DNA from: Craspedostauros australis
Lineage: Eukaryota
Reading direction: 5' to 3'
Assembly (NCBI GenBank): GCA_030167865.1
Contig: JALAGF010003606.1
Span: forward strand, 62,001 to 105,216
Length of the DNA: 43,216 bases
The notes under the pieces were generated by a model. That model searched no databases and had not been told where the DNA came from. It saw only the letters and a program-made list of their open reading frames with translations. The translations under genes and the position numbers were made by a program. The number at the start of each line of letters is the position of its first letter. Positions within the stretch are counted from its first letter, which is position 1. Shown here piece by piece: positions 1 through 10,271 of this stretch.

Positions 1-4
1 ACAG

Positions 5-1958
5 GACTGGACCAGCCGCGCAGGTAGGATTCATGGGGTACGCGAAGACATCGCAGATAGGTCATGGAATTCACACCAGACTCCGTGCCCGAGCCTACAT
101 CATTTCGCAGCTTGAGGACGGTGATGAAGAACAAGACGCAAACGTCGATGTAGGCTTGGATTTGATCCACCAGAAGCAGCAACAGCAACAGGAGCAGAAG
201 GCAGAACTGGCAAATGAGAGAACCAGCAACGTTGAAGATGCTGCCTACAAACGAGCCCCCAATCACAACCTGAAATATGAAAGAGTTCGAGTGGGGGGAC
301 ATCATCGGGGCCAACTATCGCATGTCAACGCAAACGCAAAGCCGAAGGAACCGGATGGCTCGCATTCGGCGGAACCGCGCACACTGCCTGAATCTGTATC
401 CCCTGACAACACAATCTGCTTTGTCAGCGTGGATATTGGAATGGGATCCGACCTGCTCAATATCCGCGTATTGAAGAGACTCGAAGAGCTACTGCCTGCT
501 ATGGATGATACTGGTCGGAGATTGTGCCATGTCGACAATCTGAGCATCAGCGGGACGCACACCCATTCCGCGCCGGGTGGGTTTCTTCAATACGTTCTGT
601 ACCAAATCACAACCGCAGGATTTTCGGAGGAGGCCATGGGTGCCTTTGTGGAGGGCGTCGCCCAGTCGATCGTGAGGGCGATTGGCGATATGGATCAAGG
701 CAGCATCAGCGTGAATCAAGGTAAGCTCTTCGGCGCCAATATCAACCGCTCACCCACCAGCTATCCTCTCAACCCGCAATCCGAACGCGATGAGTACTCG
801 ACGGACGGTGACACGGACAAGACCATGGTTCAATTGATGATTGAGCATACGTGGTCCAACACGTCCGGTCAATCGCAGGAGCCGATCGGATTGATCAACT
901 GGTTTGCTGTGCACGGCACCAGTCTCAATGCTACTAACCTCCTCATCTCCGGCGACAACAAAGGGTACGCCTCCTATCTGATGGAGAAGAAGATGAATCC
1001 AGGCATTCTACCCGGGCAGGGATCCTTCGTCGCCGCCTTCGCATCCACGAACCTTGGAGATGTTTCGCCAAACACCGCTGGGCCCAGATGCATCGATACT
1101 GGAAAGCCATGTGATTTGGTCACCTCCACGTGCGGCGGCAACACCAATCTCTGCATCGCATCAGGGCCCGGCAAGAACATGCTCGAATCCGCCGAGATCA
1201 TTGGAAGAAAGCAGTTCGAGAAGGCGATAGAGTTGATGGAGGCAGAGAGCGAGCAACTTGAAGGGACAGTGAGCTATCGCCACAGCTTTGTGGACATGTC
1301 GAATCTGACAGTCACGCTTTCAGACGGAACGGAGGTACAGACATGCCCAGCGGCACTGGGGTACGCGTTTGCCGGTGGCACCACGGACGGGCCGGGGCAG
1401 TTTCCATTCCATCAATCCACCAACACATCCAATCCGTTCTGGAACATGATCAGCGGCTTCCTGTCCATCCCAACACAGAAGCAGGTTGATTGTCAAGCAC
1501 CAAAGCCCATTCTGCTCAACACTGGCGAAGTGAAGCTACCGTACTCCTGGGATCCAAAGTCTGTACCGGTTTCCATCTTTCGAATTGGCAGCTTTTTCAT
1601 CCTCAATGTCCCTGCGGAGCTCACCACCATGGCTGGACGAAGGCTGAGGAAGGCGGTACGCTCCATCCTGGAAAACCGTGGAATCGATGATCCCTACATC
1701 ACGATCGCCGGGCTGGCGAACTCGTACACGCACTACGTCACAACATTCGAGGAGTACGCTGGACAACGGTACGAGGCAGCGAGCACCTTGTACGGTCCGC
1801 ACACATTGGCCGGTTACATCCAGGAATTCGAACGCATCACCAGCGATTTGATGGACGATCGTGAATCGTCATCAGATCCACCACCGAAGGACTTGGGGGA
1901 CAAACAGGTCTCGTTGATCCCTCCAAGAGCCGTGGATACTGTCGGTTTCGCCAGAACG
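5..1958 (+). CDS. Neutral ceramidase, large exon (gene 5' end lies outside the window)
   Basis: Frame is open from the window start: TGPAAQVGFMGY...LRARAYI, ISGTHTHSAPGG, NWFAVHGTS, ISGDNKGYASY, NLGDVSPN, AGGTTDGPG, ELTTMAGRRLR, GLANSYTHYVTTFEEY..QRYEAASTLYGPHTL. ACAG at 1-4 is a plausible acceptor. Phase-0 donor GTATGT at 1959. Confidence 0.95.
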
Positions 1959-2237
1959 GTATGTGGGCACAACAGATGAGAGAGATCGAGTTGATGCTGC
2001 TGTTAGTTTATTCTGCTGCAACCTGACCTGACCTGACATTGTGACCGTGTGAAATGGATTGTTCCCGACATGCATGCTCTTGGATGTACAATGGCATTTT
2101 ATTTGTTGGGCATCTGCTCACCAGTCTCTGCTCGAATTCTACAACAACCGTTTGCAACGCTCTGACTTTGTGTGGAACCTTTTGCATCCATTGCTATCAA
2201 CGTCATCCACCACCGCCAACAATGCGCATCGCGACAG
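1959..2237 (+). other. Spliceosomal intron (279 nt, phase 0) of the ceramidase gene
   Basis: GTATGT...GACAG. Removal joins DTVGFART to FGSVAVQPKDSY in frame, matching the linker into the ceramidase C-terminal domain. Confidence 0.85.
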
Positions 2238-2759
2238 TTTGGTTCCGTTGCCGTTCAACCTAAGGATTCTTACGTGAGGGGGCGCGACACAGCATCCGCG
2301 TCATTCCGATCAGCCAACCCGCGTCACAACCAGCGCATCGAGGGATCATTCCTCACGATCGATCTCCTTTCGGATGACGGTAATTGGGAGACTCGATACG
2401 TCGATGGGGATTGGTGCACTCGCTTCTTTTGGAACGGGGGCGACATCGATTCGTACGGCGTTTCGTTCGCGGAAATATCATGGGACATCCCCGACGATGC
2501 AGAACAAGGGATCTACAGGATCTGCAATTTTGGAACCCGCAAGACCATGATCGCCAATGTGGAATGGATGCTGGCCCACGCACCCGGTTGGTGGCTCCTG
2601 GACGCATTTGGCTCCATGTTTGTGGGCATTACAATCGAGGTGATCCGCACCGTCGCCTACTTCTACGAGCCACTGTCTGACTTCCTCAGCAACCTGAGCT
2701 TCCCACGCGAGGCAGAATTTAGCCGGTGCTCCAAGAGCTTTCTGGTGCGGACTGGATGA
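2238..2759 (+). CDS. Neutral ceramidase, terminal exon (C-terminal Ig-like domain)
   Basis: FRSANPRHN, SFLTI, DGDWCTRFFW, WDIPDDAEQGIYRI and SKSFLV motifs of the ceramidase C-terminal domain; stop at 2757-2759. Confidence 0.9.
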   Translation, partial: FGSVAVQPKDSYVRGRDTASASFRSANPRHNQRIEGSFLTIDLLSDDGNWETRYVDGDWCTRFFWNGGDIDSYGVSFAEISWDIPDDAEQGIYRICNFGTRKTMIANVEWMLAHAPGWWLLDAFGSMFVGITIEVIRTVAYFYEPLSDFLSNLSFPREAEFSRCSKSFLVRTG

Positions 2760-3369
2760 TGGCGCAGGACACACACGTGTGTACACACATCGTTGATTTC
2801 GATTCCTCGATGACGATTCCTACCTACATTAACTGCCTGGGTTGCATTGCATGATAGCAGCCTCGATTACTTTTCACAGTCTCAGTTGGAAGACTATTAT
2901 ACCATGCTATTGTCAATCTGTTTTTTATTGTTGGCTGTATGTGTGTAGTCGTACAAGCGCAGAGTGCTCGAAGGTGCTCTGCTCTGCTCTCGTCCGGATA
3001 CTCATTGCTTCACTCGTGTGTTTACGTGATTAGAATCCACGATTGAAACCTGATAGATCGAGGCTGTGTCATGTGCTGCGAGGCTGCCTCCACAAAACGA
3101 ACACTTCTTGCGACACAGGCCTACATGGCGTATCCAGTGCAGACATCAGCGTATCCAACGGCAGCATCCACCACATGGGGAATGATGTGATGAGACGCGA
3201 CAACGCGGACGCAGATACGGCTATGCATTTGACACGGACTCCTCTGCTTGCAATAGTGACGTGAGCAAAGGCAAAGATTTCCCAGAGTAAGACAGATCCT
3301 CTGCAGTCCTACACAAGCGCGCGAGTAAAGTCACGAACACAAGCTGAAGAGGTAGTGAACGTTGTCGAA

Positions 3370-4548
3370 ATGGGCAGCACGGCGGATGTGGCTGCTCTTT
3401 GCATGCCATGGCGCCTCCCCACCATCCGACACCTGAGGTTGGAGGGGGCGTTGGAATGCCCTCGGAAGTTGAACATTCTGTCAACTCGACTACCTCGGCT
3501 ATTCAACCTCAAACAGATCACATTTTACAACCAAGCCGTCGGCAGGAATGTGATTATGTCCGGCATTCAGACCCTGGAGAGATGTCCCAGATCGTTCGAA
3601 AAGATCGTCTTTGACCGTTGCCGAATCGACAATGCGTCGCTGCAGATGATCATGGACACGATAGCCAGAATCAAGTGGTTGAAAGGATTGGCATTCTTGG
3701 ATTGCGACGTCTCCGAATCCAGCATGACGACGGTGATTGGAGGCATCCAGGATTGTTCCACATTGAGGGAATTGATGATCTGCGGTCCACAGTTTGATGG
3801 GTCCGCCGAAGAGATGAGCGCCTTGGCGCGCTGGCTCGCCAACGATGCAGTCCATCTCACAGATCTCACCATGGTGGACTTTGCCGTTCTTGGAAAGAAG
3901 CCGTATCACGAAATCCTTCTGCAGTCGCTGTACTCCAGCCACGGCCTCTCGTCGCTCAATTACGCCTACAATCTACTCAACGACCGTTGCTTCAACGCGT
4001 TGGCAGACTTCGTCGCAAGGAGTACGGGCCTCAAGGAATTGGTGCTTGCGCACTGCAAGCTGCAATCAACAGCAGCAGGGCTCCGTTTGCTGTCAGCAAT
4101 ACGCGAAAGCACGACACTCCGCACGTTGGTGCTGAATCACAACTGTCTGGATATTGGCATGATGCAAACGTTGTGCCAAAGCATTCAGGCGAACACGAGT
4201 TTGAGACGAGTCGGATTGACGCACAATCCGGTATTCTTGCTGAGCAATGAAGGGACAAAGATGCTGGCCGAAACGATGGAGCATTGTACCAACATCGAAC
4301 GTGTCGAGATCACTAGATCACCGCCTCCGTATTCGATGAAGTACGATCGGCTGGTCCACTGGTACGCGTATCTCAATCGCAGTGGCAGACGAGCCATGTG
4401 CGCAGAAGGTGCATTCATCCCGTCCCACCTCTGGGCGATAATACTGGAGAAGCTGCAGTGCAGTAGGAGGAACAGAGAGCTTGAGAAGAATCCAGAATTC
4501 GCCACCAGCGCCTTGTATTTCTTCTTACGCGAAGGTGTGCACATTTGA
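3370..4548 (+). CDS. Ribonuclease-inhibitor-like leucine-rich repeat protein
   Basis: About 28-aa RI-type repeats (STGLKELVLAHCKL, STTLRTLVLNHNCL, NTSLRRVGLTHNPV) and a C-terminal LNRSGRR...LWAIILEK...ALYFFLRE tail. Start is uncertain; first in-frame ATG after the 3262 stop is 3370. Confidence 0.8.
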   Translation: MGSTADVAALCMPWRLPTIRHLRLEGALECPRKLNILSTRLPRLFNLKQITFYNQAVGRNVIMSGIQTLERCPRSFEKIVFDRCRIDNASLQMIMDTIARIKWLKGLAFLDCDVSESSMTTVIGGIQDCSTLRELMICGPQFDGSAEEMSALARWLANDAVHLTDLTMVDFAVLGKKPYHEILLQSLYSSHGLSSLNYAYNLLNDRCFNALADFVARSTGLKELVLAHCKLQSTAAGLRLLSAIRESTTLRTLVLNHNCLDIGMMQTLCQSIQANTSLRRVGLTHNPVFLLSNEGTKMLAETMEHCTNIERVEITRSPPPYSMKYDRLVHWYAYLNRSGRRAMCAEGAFIPSHLWAIILEKLQCSRRNRELEKNPEFATSALYFFLREGVHI

Positions 4549-4775
4549 TTTGATGGAATGTAGAGAGGCAGGTGCTCCATGGCAGCATCAGAGCGAAAGT
4601 CGTACGCCTGCTGCGAGCACATCTATTGTAGGAGATCATCACATTCTACACGACATGGTATGGCGGCATGCATGAAGAGTTCTTCTCTTTGGGAGATTCA
4701 TGACGCGTGCACTTTTATACTCCAACTACTCCGCTCTACTTTGCACCATCGTGCACCCAATTCCAGAGATTCCGT

Positions 4776-5662
4776 TCATTTGGCAAGCCACTGCCGATCC
4801 GACCGCGCGTACACCACCCGGCCATTCTTCACAGGCAGGGCCTTCTTTTGCTTCCAGCATCGCATCACATCGCGCTGCTTCTTGCCTGGATTATCGGCGA
4901 AGAAATCACGCGTGTACTGGCCAGCATGTTCTGTGGTGCGATAACGCGCTGAAACGTGGGATCCTTCACCTTGCGCTGGTCCATTTCGTGCCACGCATGG
5001 ACGGCATCCTGCAGAGTTGCGGTTTGCGCTTGGGATTTGACCCACGCCATGAAGTCGGAATGACACACGAACTTGGATCCGATCTGCGAAGTCATGAAAC
5101 CGCGAAAGTTCTTGCCGAAGGTGACGTTGTCCGTGATGATGGTGCCCAGCGTGAGGTCGGCTTCGGCCCAATTAAATTTGGATGTTGGCTTTGTTTTGAG
5201 ACGTTTGTTGTCCTTGTCGCTACTAGTGCCGTCGCTGCTGCAAGTGCTCTTCCTGGCGAAAGATCTTGTCGACGTCATCGCTGTTGTTCTTGCCTTCTTC
5301 GTCCTCGTCTTCCCAGCCACAGTACTCGTACCATCACCATTGGCGTCATTGTTCTCATCGCTGGCGTCCAGGAATCTCACGATGCGATCTCTCACATCGA
5401 ACTTCAGCCCTGCGCACGAGAGGCTGTTGGCCTTGCAGAATTGCACCATCTCCTCCTTGAGCCAGTACCAATTCATGAATTCTTGCGACGAAGCCACATC
5501 GAGGATGTCCGGACGACTGCGCTTTGGCATGGTCGCGTTTGCTGGTGTTATTGGATATGTGATGTCATGCGTTCTTGCTGTGAGCATGCGTGTGCTCGTG
5601 CCGATGTTCCTTGTTGCCTTGCGCGTTGTGAGGAAGATGAACGCGGATGCTGCCAAGCGCAT
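4776..5662 (-). CDS. Bacterial-type SAP-like + DUF6434 domain protein, split by a 1-nt frameshift near 4920
   Basis: FMNWYWLKEEMVQFCK..L...GLKFDVRDRI (SAP-like) and LTLGTIITDNVTFGKNFRGFM...KFVCHSDFMAWVK...TLQDAV (DUF6434-like). The expected C-terminus QYTRDFFADNPGK...CWKQKKALP...Y..SD continues in another frame (ORF 4776..5171). Alternative start ATG at 5530. Confidence 0.75.
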
Positions 5663-6288
5663 GGTCTCGGGACGGAACAATGGGTTGGGCACTTTGATCA
5701 GCTGTGTCTATGGATGTGTGAAGACACATCTATTGTGCTTGATGAGCATTGCTGAGTTGTGCTGCGTTGTGAATATAATAGAATGGACTGATGACCATCA
5801 CTGCGTCGCAGAGCCGTGGTTGAGATCTTCCTGGAGAGCACGAGCATTGAGGTTGCTGATGTGGCACAACCGTCACAACGACCACAACGTTGAAACTTCA
5901 TTCCAACAGCTCCGAACCAGCCAACGCTCTTCAACACAAAGCAGCGACAGCGATCATGTTACCAACACAAGCAAGTCCAACGATTTCATTCTTCCATTCA
6001 ATTCCTCTTTCTCTTGAATTCTGTCTATTATGTTTATTTGGCATGACCCACCGAGAGTTGTGCCTCGTGCGCAATTCGCCGCAGCAACAAGGCGCCTTGT
6101 CGTCTCCACGATTTCCTGTGCCATTCGATTGGATAGGGTTGGATTGTTTCTGCATAGCCTACTTCCCTCGCCTTGGGATGACATCCTGTCTCTCCCTGGA
6201 AGTTGTGCATCGGTGATATTGTACGATGGAACGTCCAGCACCACACGAGTATCGCGCCGAAATATGGACAGCCTCGATTGGGAGTACC

Positions 6289-6564
6289 TTAATCCGTCTT
6301 GTTCTGTTCCTTTCGGGCAGGCGCCGAAGCGGCCGGACCATCGCCTTCCGCCTTGGCTTTCAGTTTTCTGAATTCCGATTCGAACATGCTGAGGCTGAAG
6401 AGGAGACCGGCGCTGAGGAAGGACAGCACGGCCATGTGAATGCGCGCGACGCCCGCCGCGAATCCTGCCATGGTCAGTATGAGGAGCACGCCAATGACGG
6501 TTCTGACGAACGGAAGGAGCATGACTCCGCCGCCGGGCTGCATGACTTGCGAGACGAACGACAT
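6289..6564 (-). CDS. Small two-TM ER protein, Pkr1-like V-ATPase assembly factor
   Basis: 91 aa from ATG 6564. MQPGG motif, two hydrophobic helices with IHMAVLSFLSAGLLFSLSMF resembling the Pkr1 IHF..LS.L..GL pattern, and a charged tail ending KTD. Confidence 0.6.
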   Translation of the reverse strand: MSFVSQVMQPGGGVMLLPFVRTVIGVLLILTMAGFAAGVARIHMAVLSFLSAGLLFSLSMFESEFRKLKAKAEGDGPAASAPARKEQNKTD

Positions 6565-7027
6565 GGTGCGGGTGTTTGGATGTGGGAGGATTGAATTGAG
6601 TTGGATGAAATACGCCGAGCGAGACGCAGTTAGGGCTGGGTCCTGTCGTCTTGGACAGTGTTTGTGACGAGCGTTGTTCTTGGTTGTTGTTGTTGGTGGT
6701 GGTGGCAACAGCACCAACCAATGCGATTGCGGGCGTTTGTGTGGAGCAGAACAAAAACAACAAAACGAAATTCAAAATTCAGATTTGACCGTTCGATGGC
6801 GAATGACTAATTCGATCAGTAATTGTTCGTTACAATTTTAAACGGACATATATACCCACAATGCGGTCCGATAACAAACGAAGCAAACCCGAAACGAAGA
6901 TTGCGATCTCTGGGCGTCCTTGTTCACGTCCCGCCCACCAAGTGGGCTGTTCCCTCATCCTCTCGTATTCGCAGCGCTTGTGCGGACGACCACTACACAC
7001 AGAGCATCCAGGAGCAAATCCAGTACA

Positions 7028-9091
7028 ATGGCAACCACTTCCCCTCAATCAGACGCACAGTCGCAGTCACAATCACAATCGGAGCCAGCGTCCGAAGCGC
7101 AGGCCAAGCCATCAGAAGCAGCAACGGCTGGAGATGATGGAGCAAAGGGCGAAAGCGATGCCCCAGATACGCCGCCAAAGGCCACCAAGATGGACAAGCT
7201 CAGACGGGTCGTGTTCCTGCCGTACATCATCGGCTTGATATGGACCTCTCTCCATCCGTCATTCTCGGTCCTGACGGGCGAGTCCAAATGCAGGGGATGG
7301 TTCATCGATGAGAATTCGCTGAATGGCAACCACGTCGTGAGCGAACCCGGAAGGGTGGCGGCCTACCTCAGCGACAGCATGCCGCCACAACGGCTCAAGA
7401 CATCGAGCATTTGCGACACGCATCGCTTTCTGGAATCATCGGCACACACCGTTGGGACAGCGATGCCGCCAAACATGCCATGCCATCGTGCACAGAAATT
7501 CGATGTCCTTTCCATCCTTCCGTCCTCGGGTGCCATCCAGCCCATCGAGGAAGCGATAGTGATCGTGGTGCCGATGCCCAAGTCTGGCGATTGGAGCACC
7601 AGCTTGTTCCATTTCAAGTTCATGAAGCTGATGCATCATCTTGCGAACCCAACGGAATCACCGTGGTTGGCCAAGGCGATCCACGTCGTGTCACCGTCAC
7701 TGTCACCACCATCGTCATCAGTTTCATCTCAGACAAATACTAGTACCACCGGACTCATGGCTCTCGACGACACTGTGCAGCAATTTTTGGACGCGCATTC
7801 TGGAAGGACCCACTCCTCATCATCACTTCCATCGCGACGACTTCCACAGCACGTGTCGTCTTCGATCATTCGAAATCTGCTCGTCGTTGACGCCAACATC
7901 GTGGACAATCCATTCCGCTATCAATCAGCTGGATCCAACGAGTTCGCAAAACGACCCTTCGCAGAGATCAAGGTCATGCCGCAGGGCCGTCATGGAGTTC
8001 TGCCCAACATGGACATGGTGTTCATTGTCGCAAAGACCATGACACGCACCACGATCATGCACTCGCAGTCGTATCCGCGATCGCTTATGGTGGTGCATCC
8101 CTACCTGGAGGAGTACAAGCGTCTGCGTGACCACCTTGGCATTGATGCATTTGGCATCCACAAGCAATGGGTGGATGATGCTGTATTGAATCGCAAGCTG
8201 GTGGATTGGGCCGACGATTTCATCAATATGGCGTTCTTTGCCTACACCATGGTGATGGGTCCGTCACCGCCGCATGCACCTGCATTGTCGTACGGCATCG
8301 ATTCTGTTACAATCGAAGCGACGATCCACGGCGAAGCTTTCGCACGTTCCCCGATGGAAGACTTCTTGGAGTATCTGGGATTCATCCTACGCAACTTCTC
8401 CAACCTGCACGAGCGGCTACATCATTCCGAAACGCTCTACCTCATGCCGACGCCGCGCAAATTCGTGTCACACATGGAGTACTTTCTCCCCTGCGTCTTG
8501 CTGCTATTGCCACTCGTGATCCGTTCCGTTCATCTGCTGACGCAGAATCTTGGCAACGGCGTTCACTTCGAAGCGATCGCATGCTGGTTCCTGTGCGCAA
8601 TGCTGTTGCCCATCGCGCTGTTGTCTTGCGTTGGATTTGGGCCGAACAACACAACACCACCAGTAGCAGCAGTTATGCTATTCCTGTCGTATGGTGCTGT
8701 GACAACCTGGATATTTCAGATGGTTCGTCGCGACAACAACACTACCAACTCGCCCAACGACACAACGAAGCGGATAACGTCCACAATGCACCTGTGCGGC
8801 TGTTTACTGGCCATCTACGTCCACGTGCCGCTGGCGTTTGGGCACATCTCTGTGGCGTACCCATCGGCACTGCTATGGTCATTCGTGCTGGCGAGCGGCG
8901 GTTGCGGAACGCAGCCAAACGTCCTTCGAATCCTCTTTTGGTGCATCTTTGCGATTGCGACGTGTCCGTTGGTGTGGCCAGCAATCATGCCTGACTGGTA
9001 CTGTACCTGCGTTTGGATGCCGTTACACGTCAACGTGGTTGCAGTTGCTTTGAGTCACATGGTGGGCCAAATGCGATCATCTGTTCAATGA
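7028..9091 (+). CDS. GAA1: GPI transamidase component GAA1/GPAA1-like
   Basis: N-terminal TM then FIDENSL, G.LPNMDM, H...L.YGIDSVTI, LRNFSNLHERLHHS..LYL.....FVS...Y motifs, followed by several C-terminal TM helices. ATG at 7028. Confidence 0.88.
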   Translation: MATTSPQSDAQSQSQSQSEPASEAQAKPSEAATAGDDGAKGESDAPDTPPKATKMDKLRRVVFLPYIIGLIWTSLHPSFSVLTGESKCRGWFIDENSLNGNHVVSEPGRVAAYLSDSMPPQRLKTSSICDTHRFLESSAHTVGTAMPPNMPCHRAQKFDVLSILPSSGAIQPIEEAIVIVVPMPKSGDWSTSLFHFKFMKLMHHLANPTESPWLAKAIHVVSPSLSPPSSSVSSQTNTSTTGLMALDDTVQQFLDAHSGRTHSSSSLPSRRLPQHVSSSIIRNLLVVDANIVDNPFRYQSAGSNEFAKRPFAEIKVMPQGRHGVLPNMDMVFIVAKTMTRTTIMHSQSYPRSLMVVHPYLEEYKRLRDHLGIDAFGIHKQWVDDAVLNRKLVDWADDFINMAFFAYTMVMGPSPPHAPALSYGIDSVTIEATIHGEAFARSPMEDFLEYLGFILRNFSNLHERLHHSETLYLMPTPRKFVSHMEYFLPCVLLLLPLVIRSVHLLTQNLGNGVHFEAIACWFLCAMLLPIALLSCVGFGPNNTTPPVAAVMLFLSYGAVTTWIFQMVRRDNNTTNSPNDTTKRITSTMHLCGCLLAIYVHVPLAFGHISVAYPSALLWSFVLASGGCGTQPNVLRILFWCIFAIATCPLVWPAIMPDWYCTCVWMPLHVNVVAVALSHMVGQMRSSVQ

Positions 9092-9260
9092 TGATGGAAA
9101 CGATATTCTAGAATATATGGAGTTATATAATTGATGTTGCAGGCTGGGTCTGCTCTAGCTCGTAATTAACGTGATGAGTCTGCTCCGATTCGGTACCTTG
9201 CGCGTGAGGTATGGTCTCCTATGCGAGAAGAAAGTTGATTTTTTTTCTTCAATTCTGCAT

Positions 9261-10271
9261 TCAGCCATCCGACTTGGATGCCGGAACATGCGAAGCAGAT
9301 GCATCGTTGCTGCGCTGTTGTCCATGCCCCACGCTGGTGTGCGCTCGTCGTGGCAAAGTCTGCGCCTTCAGATTGAGATTGAGATGTCGAGGTGCCGTTG
9401 TGGTTGCGTGGACTTGAGACGGTTTGGGATGTGGCGGACTAGATCGATTGTCCCATGACGGTGATTGCATCTCAATATTCAGTTGCTCCGTCGCATCCAA
9501 ATGATCAAAGTAGGTCTTGATTGTGCGAGGCGATGATTTGTGAGAAGGGTTGCGAATCACTGCTGGTGTCGACGCTGTTGTTGTTGCCGTGTTGGGGGAC
9601 TCTGATTTGTTTGCTTTTGATTGTGTGGATTTCCTCGCATTGGGTTTCCTTTTGTTTCGCGTTGTCTGTGGCGCCTTCCGAGTGTTGGCGTTGCTGTCGC
9701 AGCCATTATCTGCTCTGTTGGACAATGTTTGTATCTCATCAGCTTTGCGTATCTGCGCGTCTTCAGCTTGAGATGTCAAGGTGGATGACTTGTCTCGCGA
9801 TAGATCCATAGGAACCGCGAGTGGCGACTCATCCTTGGTATCCATGAACAAGGACGGACGAAATGGTTTTGCGAATGTCTGGAAGTTGCCGCGTCGCCGT
9901 TTCCGTAAAGGTATGAACGTGGCATGTCCGGTACCGAGCGTCGATGGTGATGATGAGGAGGTCGCTGTGGTGGCAATGGCGGATTCAAACACACGAACGT
10001 CTCCCTCTTCGTCTCCATCGATCAAGCGTTCTCCATTGGCCAGTGTACCAATATCGCGTCTTCTGACAGCAGCTCCATCAATGCAAACCCCAGTCGCGAC
10101 GAATGGTGCTGGTGCTTCCGTTTCCGCAGAAATCCTCGAAGAACGCGCCGTGTCATCATTCACATCATCGGTCGATGATGATGATGATGATGCTCGTTGC
10201 GACCTTCCCCACCAAACTCCATTGCTCCCACCGAATGACCGTATTCCACGAGCACGTCGACGAGATGTCAT
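9261..10271 (-). CDS. Hypothetical low-complexity, basic S/T-rich protein
   Basis: 336-aa ORF with NLS-like PLRKRRR and a short ordered segment IKTYFDHLDATEQLNIE. No family recognised; exon limits uncertain. Confidence 0.45.
   Translation of the reverse strand: MTSRRRARGIRSFGGSNGVWWGRSQRASSSSSSTDDVNDDTARSSRISAETEAPAPFVATGVCIDGAAVRRRDIGTLANGERLIDGDEEGDVRVFESAIATTATSSSSPSTLGTGHATFIPLRKRRRGNFQTFAKPFRPSLFMDTKDESPLAVPMDLSRDKSSTLTSQAEDAQIRKADEIQTLSNRADNGCDSNANTRKAPQTTRNKRKPNARKSTQSKANKSESPNTATTTASTPAVIRNPSHKSSPRTIKTYFDHLDATEQLNIEMQSPSWDNRSSPPHPKPSQVHATTTAPRHLNLNLKAQTLPRRAHTSVGHGQQRSNDASASHVPASKSDG

Noticed and set aside
4700-6017. Long plus-strand ORFs 4700..5755 and 5073..6017
   Set aside because: Antisense shadows of the SAP/DUF6434 gene with no recognisable motifs.
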